Source: a virus
Length of the DNA: 64,000 bases
Reading direction: 5' to 3' (one strand)
Virus record (IMG/VR): IMGVR_UViG_3300010158_000051
Span: 1 to 64,000 of that record
In this document: piece after piece, positions 22,345 through 31,245 of the stretch
Position numbering within the stretch: the stretch's first letter is position 1
Layout of the letters: each line of letters starts with the position of its first letter
Program-made: the position numbers and the translations under genes
The notes under the pieces: generated by a model
The model's database searches: none
What the model saw: the letters and a program-made list of their open reading frames with translations, nothing else
What the model was told of the DNA's origin: nothing

Positions 22345-22704
22345 ATGCTATTAAGTAAAAACGTAATACACATAATCCCTCATGGGCAAGAATATAATTT
22401 TGATCCAAATGTTCATATGTTAGCTTGTTTTATTATTGATGATTTAGTTGTTGAAAATGGAATGTATTCAGAAGAACTAGTTAACTTATTTAATAATTCA
22501 TATGCTGAGGAAAAAGAACAATATGAAAATGGTGAAATTCTTTTTACATTAACTCATAAGTCTGATGGTTCAGAACAGTGGATGCGTTTAGATGAAAGGT
22601 TGGGATCTATCATGCTAAGCAACCCAAAGTTGGTAGAAGTAACAGAAGGATTTCAATGGGTTACAATTGGTTGCAAATATATAGACGGGGTGTTTTATCC
22701 ATGA
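22345..22704 (+). CDS. Hypothetical protein, possible fibre-associated chaperone
   Basis: Directly after the fibre gene; C-terminal VTIGCKYIDGVF. Confidence 0.45.
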   Translation: MLLSKNVIHIIPHGQEYNFDPNVHMLACFIIDDLVVENGMYSEELVNLFNNSYAEEKEQYENGEILFTLTHKSDGSEQWMRLDERLGSIMLSNPKLVEVTEGFQWVTIGCKYIDGVFYP

Positions 22705-22955
22705 CAGAAAAAACAAAATGGGAACAGTATTTAGATAAGCAAAAAGAAAAAAGCGGGAAAAAGGATGTAAAGCCTTGGGACCTTTTAAACCCTAATACAG
22801 AATATATTGATAGAGAAGTATCAGAGCAAAGGCTTGAAATTTGTAAAGCTTGCCCAGAATTTTTTGATTTAACAAAGCAGTGTAAAAAATGCGGTTGTTT
22901 TATGGCATTAAAAACAAAAATGAAAGAGGCTTCTTGCCCTATTGGTAAATGGTAA
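22701..22955 (+). CDS. Small Cys-rich metal-binding protein (DUF6171-like)
   Basis: RLEICKACP...QCKKCGCFM..K......CPIGKW; ATGA overlap gives the start at 22701. Confidence 0.7.
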   Translation: MTEKTKWEQYLDKQKEKSGKKDVKPWDLLNPNTEYIDREVSEQRLEICKACPEFFDLTKQCKKCGCFMALKTKMKEASCPIGKW

Positions 22956-23857
22956 TGGCAAGCATATTTGTTCAAATCCCCGCATATCATGATTTTGAGT
23001 TAGCTAGAACAATTAAAGATTGTTTAAGAAAAAGTTCTGGAAAACACATTATAAATTTTGGTGTACATATAACATATTTTAATGAATTAAACATTGATAT
23101 TCCTCAAATGGATAATGTTAAATATAGCACAAGTCTTGCCCCAGAGAACTTAGGGGTTGGTAATGGAAGATACCTTGCAAATGAATTTTATAATGATGAA
23201 GATTATTATTTGCAAATAGATTCTCATATGAGATTTGAGCCATTTTGGGATGATATATTAATAAATAATTATTTAAAATATTCTTCTATGGGTACAAATC
23301 CAGCAATTTCAGCTTATCCTGGAGCATACGAATATGACGGAGTTGATGTAAAAATATTAAACACTAAAGCACACGTATCATATACCGACTTTATTCAAGA
23401 GTTAAGCTTCCTAGATAATTATGTGCCACATCAAAGAGCTGTAGGAAATTTTTCAAATAACGTTTTTTCAAGATCTGTTTCTGCCGCTTCAATATTTGCA
23501 AGCGGAGAAATAGCTTCTATCAAGCCAAATAAAAAAATGTTTTTTTGGGGAGAAGAAGCTTTAACTGCTTTAAGATTATATACTCATGGATTTGATATTA
23601 TGCTTCCAGAATCTCAAAACTTTTATCATTTATATTATGACAATCAAAAAGGTTATAAAAATTTAAGAAGGCAGGCAATTGAAGATTTCCCACAAGAGTC
23701 TTCAACTTTAGAAATAGCTTCGCAAGAAGAGCTTAAAAGAATAATCATTGATAAACCAATTGATGATCAAGGTTTAGGCAGCGTAAGAACGCTAGAAGAA
23801 TATCAATCTTTTGCGGGAGTAAATTTTATTGCCAAAAAGATAGTACCAGTGCTATAA
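22949..23857 (+). CDS. Glycosyltransferase, GT-A fold, GlcNAc-transferase (GT60/Gnt1-like)
   Basis: SIFVQIPAYHD, YYLQIDSHMRF..WD, FFWGEE..RLYTHGFD and YHLY motifs. Confidence 0.8.
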   Translation: MVMASIFVQIPAYHDFELARTIKDCLRKSSGKHIINFGVHITYFNELNIDIPQMDNVKYSTSLAPENLGVGNGRYLANEFYNDEDYYLQIDSHMRFEPFWDDILINNYLKYSSMGTNPAISAYPGAYEYDGVDVKILNTKAHVSYTDFIQELSFLDNYVPHQRAVGNFSNNVFSRSVSAASIFASGEIASIKPNKKMFFWGEEALTALRLYTHGFDIMLPESQNFYHLYYDNQKGYKNLRRQAIEDFPQESSTLEIASQEELKRIIIDKPIDDQGLGSVRTLEEYQSFAGVNFIAKKIVPVL

Positions 23858-23873
23858 TAGGAGAGGAGGAAAT

Positions 23874-24086
23874 ATGACAACACTATCAAATGAAGAAAAG
23901 GTTGGGATTGCACAGCAACACCTAAGAAACCTGCAGATTAACAGATATAACATTGAATTGTCTCTTAAAGAAGAGCAGGCAGTATCAGAGCCAAGCGACA
24001 AGGTAATTCAAGATCTTACTGATCAAGCTGTTACTTTTGATTTAAGAATTGCTGCAATTCAGGCAGAAATTTCTTCCCTATCGTAA
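23874..24086 (+). CDS. Small coiled-coil hypothetical protein
   Basis: Strong RBS GGAGAGGAGG; TGCTATAAT at 23850. Confidence 0.6.
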   Translation: MTTLSNEEKVGIAQQHLRNLQINRYNIELSLKEEQAVSEPSDKVIQDLTDQAVTFDLRIAAIQAEISSLS

Positions 24087-24099
24087 AAGGAAAATATAA

Positions 24100-24279
24100 A
24101 TGGCAGAAAAAGCGGAATTAGTAATTACCGCTCTTCAGCAACGCATCGGAGAACTTGTATCACATTACGAAACTCAAATTGCGGTACTTAGAGCAGACAT
24201 TACACAACTAATGGATAAGCAGGAAGCTATAAATGAATATTCTAAAAGCCTTTCAGAAAAAACAGATCAAGCAAATTAA
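24100..24279 (+). CDS. 59-aa coiled-coil protein missing from the ORF track (MAEKAELVITALQQRIGELVSHYETQIAVLRADITQLMDK...)
   Basis: AAGGA RBS; ATG at 24100, TAA ending at 24279; fills the gap between neighbours. Confidence 0.65.
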   Translation: MAEKAELVITALQQRIGELVSHYETQIAVLRADITQLMDKQEAINEYSKSLSEKTDQAN

Positions 24280-24634
24280 AGATGCACCTTTTGTACCCAG
24301 CGGTTTAATCGGATTAAACGCTGGTTCTTTTTACTATGTAAAGGGTAATAAGAGGTTTAAATTTGTTTCTGAAAGAGCCATGAAGTCTTGGTACCTTCCC
24401 GTCCTTAAAATTGATGCAACGTTTTTAAACAAACTATTATCTGGCGGAACTTTAGGCTTTAGAGATGGTTCTTTGGTTAAGGACATTTCTGATGGTAAAA
24501 TATATCTTATAAGCGATTCAAAACGTAGGCATGTGGTTGATCCAGATGTGTTACAATGGATTGATACAGATATTATAGAGGCGGGACAAAAAGAAGTCCT
24601 AGTCCATCAAGAGGGAGAACCAATTGGCGAGTAA
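24233..24634 (+). CDS. Hypothetical protein with two repeated small beta modules
   Basis: GSFYYVKGNKRFKF and GKIYLISDSKRRHV repeats. Confidence 0.55.
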   Translation: MNILKAFQKKQIKQIKDAPFVPSGLIGLNAGSFYYVKGNKRFKFVSERAMKSWYLPVLKIDATFLNKLLSGGTLGFRDGSLVKDISDGKIYLISDSKRRHVVDPDVLQWIDTDIIEAGQKEVLVHQEGEPIGE

Positions 24635-25049
24635 TAAGATTATCCAATCAGACAATGCAGTAATTGACTATACAACTATTTCAGTAATGATTGATACTTT
24701 AAATAATCAGCAAAAGTCTATTGAAGATTTGCAAGCAGCAATTACACATTCACAAATCAATGTAGACCCTACAAGTGGATCAACAACTACTGTACAAGGA
24801 ACTCAAAAGGTTGCTGCAGGAATTGTTCCAATAAAAGGGACAACGGTTGACGTTACATACTCGTTTAGCTCAAAGCCATCATCAGTTGTAGGCACAGTTC
24901 TTTCAAATACTAAGACTCAAAATGGATATGCTTACATTAGCAAGACCATTACAAATACGGGTGCAACATTTACTTATGTTGGTAAAACAGCCCCTACAGC
25001 CCAAACAACAGGCTTGTACCTATACTGGATAGCAGTAGGTCTACAGTAG
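24624..25049 (+). CDS. Putative short fibre/lectin-like virion protein
   Basis: Coiled-coil N-terminus followed by a beta domain ending LYWIAVG. Confidence 0.45.
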   Translation: MASNKIIQSDNAVIDYTTISVMIDTLNNQQKSIEDLQAAITHSQINVDPTSGSTTTVQGTQKVAAGIVPIKGTTVDVTYSFSSKPSSVVGTVLSNTKTQNGYAYISKTITNTGATFTYVGKTAPTAQTTGLYLYWIAVGLQ

Positions 25050-25309
25050 TGTATTCTCCTATCAATGCTTGGACTAAGCGTGATAGGAAAATAAGTCGTG
25101 AAGGCTACATTTTAATTAAAGTACCTGAACATCCTAAAAACTTTAAAGGCTGGTATTATGAACACCGCCTTATGATTGAAAAACAATTAAATAGAATTAT
25201 AGAAGATTGGGAAACTATCCATCATATCAATCAAGATAAAAAGGATAACAGATTAATCAATCTTTTTCTTTGTTCAAGAAAAGAACATAATAAAGCACAC
25301 GCTGCTTGA
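25049..25309 (+). CDS. HNH endonuclease
   Basis: YEHRL...IHHINQDKKDNRLINL...EH. Confidence 0.85.
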   Translation: MYSPINAWTKRDRKISREGYILIKVPEHPKNFKGWYYEHRLMIEKQLNRIIEDWETIHHINQDKKDNRLINLFLCSRKEHNKAHAA

Positions 25310-25361
25310 CAGAAAACAATAAGATACGCTACAATTAACTAAACCCTCAGAAAGGGATTAC

Positions 25362-26165
25362 ATGAGTAATGATTTAAAATGGATGCTTTCATCCGACCAG
25401 CAATTTCCATATCAGGATGACAAGGCCATTGAACTATGGTTTAAGGTCATGAAATGGTTCAAACCAGATGTTGTAGATTATCTTGGAGATACAGACGATC
25501 AAGCATGCTATAGTAAATATACAGAGGGCAGATCTGCAGAATTTATGCAGTTGCACAAAGATGATAGCAAAGATCTTATTGTCCCTATGATGAGACATGA
25601 AGCAAAAGGTGCAAGAGATTTTTATGCTAAGACCAGAGATATGCTTCCAGATGCTCAATTATTTTCCGCATTAGGAAATCACGATGTTAGAGTTTTTGAT
25701 TATATTGACAAAAAGCTTCCAGACTATGCTAAAGATGTTACTCCAGAATCTTTGTGGTCGCTAGATTCACTTGGCTATGAATATATTTATTATAACGAAT
25801 TGCCTAAGCATCGCTTTGGTGATATTCACGTACATCATGGTCTTTCAATTGCTGACACAGGTGCAGCAAGAAAAGATATTGATGACCTTCAAATTTCTTT
25901 AATTAGAGGACACTCACACAGAATTGCCTCACACTTTCAAACATACGAGCTCCCGCTAGCAACTGGTGGTAGAGCAATTCGTGGTTACGAGATTGGTCAC
26001 ATGTGTGATGAAAAAAGCTCTGGTATGAACTATACACAGAACCACAATTGGCAAAAAGGTTTTGCTATCGCACACATTGAGAATGGTGAACATCCTCATG
26101 TGCAGATAGTAGAAATTTCCCCTAACTACACTTGTTTTGTAGATGGGAAACTGTTCTCTTTGTAG
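25362..26165 (+). CDS. Calcineurin-like metallophosphoesterase
   Basis: SDQQ, LGD, GNHD, HHG and GHSH motifs. Confidence 0.85.
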   Translation: MSNDLKWMLSSDQQFPYQDDKAIELWFKVMKWFKPDVVDYLGDTDDQACYSKYTEGRSAEFMQLHKDDSKDLIVPMMRHEAKGARDFYAKTRDMLPDAQLFSALGNHDVRVFDYIDKKLPDYAKDVTPESLWSLDSLGYEYIYYNELPKHRFGDIHVHHGLSIADTGAARKDIDDLQISLIRGHSHRIASHFQTYELPLATGGRAIRGYEIGHMCDEKSSGMNYTQNHNWQKGFAIAHIENGEHPHVQIVEISPNYTCFVDGKLFSL

Positions 26166-26260
26166 AGAGCAAATACGTAGATGGAAAAATTTTATATAAA
26201 AAGGTTTCAAATCCTGCTTGCAAAAGCAACATCTATACTAACAAATAAGGAGAAATAAAA

Positions 26261-26563
26261 ATGAAGATTAATCAAGCAATGATTGAATCTTATATCCGTA
26301 ACTTGGTAGGTCAAATTATTGGAGCGGCAACAATTGTTGCAGCATCAACACATGTGGCTATTTCAAGTTTCGGTGGACATGAGTGGTTGCTAGTAACAAA
26401 CTCTCTATGGGCATCACTTGTTCCAGTAGCACTACGCTATGTTAACAAGAAGGATCCTGCATTTGGCATGGTTGCACAATTTGCAACATCTGCTGTAACC
26501 AAGAAGCTAGATGAGGCTGCGAAGCCTAAGAAGGCTCCTGCTAAGAAGTCAGCTTCTAAGTAG
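26261..26563 (+). CDS. Putative holin
   Basis: Two hydrophobic segments, ALRYVNKKDPAFG motif and a basic C-terminus. Confidence 0.6.
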   Translation: MKINQAMIESYIRNLVGQIIGAATIVAASTHVAISSFGGHEWLLVTNSLWASLVPVALRYVNKKDPAFGMVAQFATSAVTKKLDEAAKPKKAPAKKSASK

Positions 26564-26582
26564 TCTATAGAAAAACTAAATA

Positions 26583-26765
26583 ATGTATTGTAAAAGATGT
26601 AATGGCAGAGTTTTTGTAGACAGGGTTTATTCTCAAAAAATCCGTGTTGAACTGTATTGCATTATGTGTGGGAACAGATGGATGATCAAGAGAGATTCAA
26701 GGTTCGGTATATGGCTGTCAAAAAGCGAGGAAAGGCTTCACAAAAGCTACGGTATTTCTACTTAA
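26583..26765 (+). CDS. Zinc-ribbon protein
   Basis: CKRC...CIMCG. Confidence 0.65.
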   Translation: MYCKRCNGRVFVDRVYSQKIRVELYCIMCGNRWMIKRDSRFGIWLSKSEERLHKSYGIST

Positions 26766-27226
26766 ATACCAAGCTTTATAAAGTCTTAAGACAATCAAGA
26801 GCAGAAGATCTTATGGTCGCCTGGGATTACGAGATGGGTAAGCGTGTAGCGTTTGTATTAACTGACGTTAAAAACAATATGCAAAACGCTTACCCTCTTT
26901 CCAAAGTTTGTAAACTTATCGGAAGACATGAAGACACGATCAAAAGACATTTATATGCGGGTAATATTAGAAAGCCACAACAGGTTTATTCTTTAAACGG
27001 AAAGAAAACTCCAGGTAAGTATTATTGGAGTGAAGATGATATTAGAGAAATGCATGAATTTTTTAAAACTGTACACAGAGGTAGACCAAGAAATGATGGC
27101 GAGATCCATCCAGGCAATATGCCAAGTAGAGCAGAGGTGGAAGCAATGATGAGACAAGAAAATATTTTATATGTTAAAAATAACGATGGGACATTTAGTC
27201 CAGTTTGGAAGCAACCAGAATGGTAG
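26711..27226 (+). CDS. HTH (MerR-like) DNA-binding protein
   Basis: YPLSKVCKLIGRHEDTIKRHL...YYWSEDDI; likely start MAVKK at 26711. Confidence 0.65.
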   Translation: MAVKKRGKASQKLRYFYLNTKLYKVLRQSRAEDLMVAWDYEMGKRVAFVLTDVKNNMQNAYPLSKVCKLIGRHEDTIKRHLYAGNIRKPQQVYSLNGKKTPGKYYWSEDDIREMHEFFKTVHRGRPRNDGEIHPGNMPSRAEVEAMMRQENILYVKNNDGTFSPVWKQPEW

Positions 27227-27462
27227 AGAATAATAAATTAAGTAAAGAGGCAAAGCAAACTCTTGATGCTGCCATTAGAGTTCTTGAATACGCTATGGAG
27301 ATAGCTGGACAAAAAGAGGATCTTGATGCTATGATAGCAATATCAGACCGCCTTATGATGCTTTACCAGCATTTGGCAGACAAAGGTCACAAGAAGTTTA
27401 AGCCAGGCTTTGCATTAATGGAAAAGGAAGATATAAAAGATGACAACTCAGACGAACGTTAA
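27220..27462 (+). CDS. Hypothetical protein
   Basis: Coupled ORF in the replication operon. Confidence 0.55.
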   Translation: MVENNKLSKEAKQTLDAAIRVLEYAMEIAGQKEDLDAMIAISDRLMMLYQHLADKGHKKFKPGFALMEKEDIKDDNSDER

Positions 27463-27652
27463 GGTTGATTTACAATTTACTCGTAACCTAGGAAACTTTG
27501 AAAGTTTAAAAGTCGGGATTGGAATTGAAGATTTTCAACGCAATGGTGAGACTATTGACGAAGCCACAAATAGAGTGTATACTTTTGTAGAGAAAAAGCT
27601 AATGGAAAAAGTTGGCGAGATAGAGGAAGAGCTAAAGGCCAAGAAAAAATGA
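27440..27652 (+). CDS. Hypothetical protein
   Basis: TRNLGNFESLKV motif; coupled ORF. Confidence 0.55.
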   Translation: MTTQTNVKVDLQFTRNLGNFESLKVGIGIEDFQRNGETIDEATNRVYTFVEKKLMEKVGEIEEELKAKKK

Positions 27653-28008
27653 CCAAAGATGAAGCAAAGTTAGCCTACGGTTTAGTTGGGTTTTATTGTG
27701 CTTTATACAAACAGGTCTACGGTAAATCCCCAGTTGTAAATCGTTATCGTGAAAAATGGGCGATGCAAGATGTTATTGATAGTATTGGATATGACAGAGC
27801 AAAAGAATTACTTGAGTATTATTTTAAATCAAGTCGTCCAGGTCATCCTATACAATGGTTTTTTTATAACTTTGAGAAGATAGATTTAACTCTTACTCAA
27901 ATTGAGCAAGACAAAGTGCGTCGTGAACTAATAAGAGCCAAGACAAAGACTATGGTTGAAGAAAGAGACAATGAATACAGAGTCAGCAGTAATCACAGCG
28001 ATATGTGA
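27649..28008 (+). CDS. Hypothetical protein, possible helicase loader or initiator
   Basis: Immediately upstream of the DnaB gene. Confidence 0.45.
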   Translation: MTKDEAKLAYGLVGFYCALYKQVYGKSPVVNRYREKWAMQDVIDSIGYDRAKELLEYYFKSSRPGHPIQWFFYNFEKIDLTLTQIEQDKVRRELIRAKTKTMVEERDNEYRVSSNHSDM

Positions 28009-29197
28009 AAATAAAGATATTTCAGTTGTTATGTCTGGAAATATTGATGAAGTCTTTACTTCACACAGAGATGTGTGGGAAGGTCTTAAGTCTTATTATT
28101 TAAAGTTTAAAGCTGTACCTGATGTTTCTGTGCTTACTGAAAGATTTAAAGATTTTGAGCCTACAAAAACTAAAGGTGAAACAGCATACTACCTAGATCA
28201 ACTTAAGAATGAATATCTTGCTTCCCGTCTACGCAACTTACTTTTATCCTCTGGTGCAAGTTTAAAGACAGAAGCTTCAGGAAGAGTTGTTGCACAAATG
28301 CAAGCAGAACTTGCAACACTTAGCAGACTAACTTCTAATGTTAGAGATGTTGACTTAACTGATTATAAAGAAGCAAAAAAACATTTTCAAGCAATTAAAG
28401 ACCGCTCTGATGCAATGGGTGGTAGTCCAGGAATTATGACTGGCTTTAAAGCAATTGATTATGCATATCCTACAGGAATGGCTCCAGGACACCTTATCGT
28501 TATGATTGGTTGGCCAGGTAAGGGTAAGACTTGGTTCTCGTCTTATTTGGCCTGCAAAGCCTGGGAACAGGGCTTTAAACCCATGATTGTGTCACTTGAA
28601 ATGACACCAGAGAATATGCGTGACCGTATCTATACTATGATGGGGTCGGGATTGTTTAAGGCTTCAGACTTTGCTAGAGGAGATATTAACATTGATCAAT
28701 TTGATGATTGGGGTTCAAAGAAATTTGCTGATAAGAACCAATTTATCCTAGTATCAAATGAAGGTGTGGGAGAAGTAACTCCAAATGTTATTCAAGCAAA
28801 AATTGACCAGTATAAACCTGATATTGTTATTTTAGATTATCACCAGCTGTTTTCTGATAACCAGAATTCAAAGGGTCCTACAGAACGAAATATGAATATT
28901 TCTAAATCTTTCAAGAAGTTGGCAATGTCTAATAACATTCCAATTATTGATATTACTGCTGCAACTGCAGAAGAAGTAGCAGATCACGATTCACCGCCAA
29001 TGCTAAGCCAAGTTGCTTGGTCAAAGGCAATTGAATATGATGCTGATATGGCTATGGCAATACACAAAAACCCTGATAGCAATATCATGGAGATTGTCAG
29101 TCGCAAGAACCGTCACGGAACTGAATTCGGAATGTATCTGGATTGGGATCTTAATCGGGGAATTGTTAAAGAAGTCTACGATATTCCTATTGGATAA
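27971..29197 (+). CDS. dnaB: DnaB-like replicative helicase
   Basis: Walker A GWPGKGKT, SLEM, ILDYHQL, IEYDAD and KNRHG motifs. Confidence 0.92.
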   Translation: MNTESAVITAICENKDISVVMSGNIDEVFTSHRDVWEGLKSYYLKFKAVPDVSVLTERFKDFEPTKTKGETAYYLDQLKNEYLASRLRNLLLSSGASLKTEASGRVVAQMQAELATLSRLTSNVRDVDLTDYKEAKKHFQAIKDRSDAMGGSPGIMTGFKAIDYAYPTGMAPGHLIVMIGWPGKGKTWFSSYLACKAWEQGFKPMIVSLEMTPENMRDRIYTMMGSGLFKASDFARGDINIDQFDDWGSKKFADKNQFILVSNEGVGEVTPNVIQAKIDQYKPDIVILDYHQLFSDNQNSKGPTERNMNISKSFKKLAMSNNIPIIDITAATAEEVADHDSPPMLSQVAWSKAIEYDADMAMAIHKNPDSNIMEIVSRKNRHGTEFGMYLDWDLNRGIVKEVYDIPIG

Positions 29198-29202
29198 TAT
29201 GT

Positions 29203-29226
29203 AATGTCTGGCTAACTTGGTATAAT
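29203..29226 (+). promoter_or_regulatory. Promoter of the TGTCWG-N10-TATAAT class
   Basis: AATGTCTG-GCTAACTTGG-TATAAT. Confidence 0.55.
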
Positions 29227-29247
29227 TATCAAGACAGTTAGGCAGCC

Positions 29248-29529
29248 ATGTACCCAAGAAAAATACATGACTTTTGGATTAGCGGAACCATCATGGATGA
29301 TTCTAAACTCCAAAACTCTAGAGAGAATTACGAGAGGCTTTTAGTCCAGCAGATGCGGGACAAGGGCTATATACCCGTCCTTGACATACAGCCACAATTT
29401 AATATAAAATATAACGAGGAGAAGGATCACTATACCTTCAACCTAGTTATGTACGGGATTTATCTTGGGAAAGCCAAAGCACTGAAATACGAAGGTTTCT
29501 CGGGACAGAGTTTAATACCTAAAGGATAA
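29248..29529 (+). CDS. Hypothetical protein
   Basis: ORF between the helicase and primase genes. Confidence 0.55.
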   Translation: MYPRKIHDFWISGTIMDDSKLQNSRENYERLLVQQMRDKGYIPVLDIQPQFNIKYNEEKDHYTFNLVMYGIYLGKAKALKYEGFSGQSLIPKG

Positions 29530-29532
29530 TAC

Positions 29533-30492
29533 ATGTTAGATGCATATACTAAAGCGGATCTCCGCTCTATTCTGCGTTCTTGCAATATAGAAATTGTTTC
29601 AGAAACAGGCACAGATTTTTTATGTCTATGTCCATTTCATCACAATGTAGACTCCCCAGCTTTTGCAGTAAGTTATTCAAAAGGCCTTTACATTTGCTAC
29701 AATCAAAATTGTGATTCATCTGGAACTGTATTAGACCTTGTAAAACTACTTACAAATAGAAATGACTTTGAAGCATTAAGATTTATTTCTCAAAACAAAC
29801 AGACTGCAGAAGATGCATTTGAAGATGGGCTCAAAGACTTGCTTGATGAAAAACCAGAGTTTGTTCCGTTTCCAGAAGAGACATTAGAAAAATTGTACAA
29901 AGAACTTGCAGTAACACCAGAAGCTGTGAGCTATTTTGATTCACGTCAAATAGGTTTGTCTGCAATTGCACATTTTAAACTTGGCTACTCTTCTAATATG
30001 GGAATGGTAACTGTACCATTGCATTCACCAGATGGGTTACCTGTAGGCATTATTGGCAGATCAATTACTGATAAAAAGTTTAAGAATAGTGTTAACTTAC
30101 CACGTAATAAGACTATGTTTAATTTGCATCGTGCTAAGCGTGAGGGTGGAACTATTATTGTTGTTGAGTCTAGCTTTGATGCTATTCGTTTATGGCAGGC
30201 GGGATATCCAAATGCAGTAGCCACTCTAGGTGGAAGCATTTCAGAGATTAATATACAAAACTTAAACAAATACGCATCTACAATTATTTTAATGATAGAT
30301 AATGATTCTGCTGGACGTGCACTTGGTAATACAATTGCTAATAAATTAAAGAGTAAAAATGTTTTGTGGGCTAAATATGACCACAACAATATCTATCCTC
30401 ATTCTGCTAAAGATGTGGGAGATATGACAGATGAAGAAATAAAACAATGTATTAAGAATGCAATTCCGCATTTTGAGTACGCTGTTATGTGA
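29533..30492 (+). CDS. dnaG: DNA primase (CHC2 zinc finger plus TOPRIM)
   Basis: CPFH...C..C; VVESSFDA; DNDSAG; KDVGD. Confidence 0.92.
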   Translation: MLDAYTKADLRSILRSCNIEIVSETGTDFLCLCPFHHNVDSPAFAVSYSKGLYICYNQNCDSSGTVLDLVKLLTNRNDFEALRFISQNKQTAEDAFEDGLKDLLDEKPEFVPFPEETLEKLYKELAVTPEAVSYFDSRQIGLSAIAHFKLGYSSNMGMVTVPLHSPDGLPVGIIGRSITDKKFKNSVNLPRNKTMFNLHRAKREGGTIIVVESSFDAIRLWQAGYPNAVATLGGSISEINIQNLNKYASTIILMIDNDSAGRALGNTIANKLKSKNVLWAKYDHNNIYPHSAKDVGDMTDEEIKQCIKNAIPHFEYAVM

Positions 30493-30543
30493 TATAATGG
30501 TAATAACAGGACACATTACAGTCCACTACACAAGGAGAAATAA

Positions 30544-31221
30544 ATGGGAATAGTAACAGGGTTGAAGGCAATGAACCTTCAAATGGAACAAAAATCACAT
30601 TCAGGTGATTCACAAAAAGGAAGATGGCTACAACTTAAAGATGGTCAATCACTAAAAATCAGATTCATGCAAGAAATTGATCCAGACTCACCAACATATG
30701 TTGAAAAAGCTGGTCTAGCATTTATTGCAATTGAACACACAAATCCAGCAGACTACAAGCGTAAAGCACTTTGCACAATTGAAGACCAAGGTCGTTGTTA
30801 CGGATGCGAAATGCATCGTCGTGATCCAAAGGCAGGTTGGAAAGGTCGTCAACGTTTCTACGCAAACGTTTTAGTTGATGACGGTACAGAAGAGCCATAC
30901 GTTGCAATCTTTTCACAAGGCGTTGGTCCAAAATCAGCAACTCAAGAAGTTGTTTCTTATGCGGGAGAAACTGGAAGCATCACAAACCTTAACTGGAAAC
31001 TAAAGCGTACAGGCGAGAAGACTGATACAAATTACTCAATCATTCCACTTCCTACTGCATCTGCAGAAGCAATTGATTTTGACAAGTATGAACTTCATGA
31101 TCTTTCAAAGACAGCAGTTCGTGATGTTCAATATCCAGACCAGGAAAATTTCTATTTTGGAATTACTTCAGAATCATCAGATTCAAAAGCATCAACCACC
31201 TCATCAGCTGTTGAGTGGTAA
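30544..31221 (+). CDS. Single-stranded DNA-binding protein (gp32-like, Zn-binding)
   Basis: LKDGQSLKIRF, C..C..C, KLKRTGEKTDTNY and a Ser/acidic tail. Confidence 0.7.
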   Translation: MGIVTGLKAMNLQMEQKSHSGDSQKGRWLQLKDGQSLKIRFMQEIDPDSPTYVEKAGLAFIAIEHTNPADYKRKALCTIEDQGRCYGCEMHRRDPKAGWKGRQRFYANVLVDDGTEEPYVAIFSQGVGPKSATQEVVSYAGETGSITNLNWKLKRTGEKTDTNYSIIPLPTASAEAIDFDKYELHDLSKTAVRDVQYPDQENFYFGITSESSDSKASTTSSAVEW

Positions 31222-31245
31222 TAACTAACAAGTAGAAAGCTAAAC

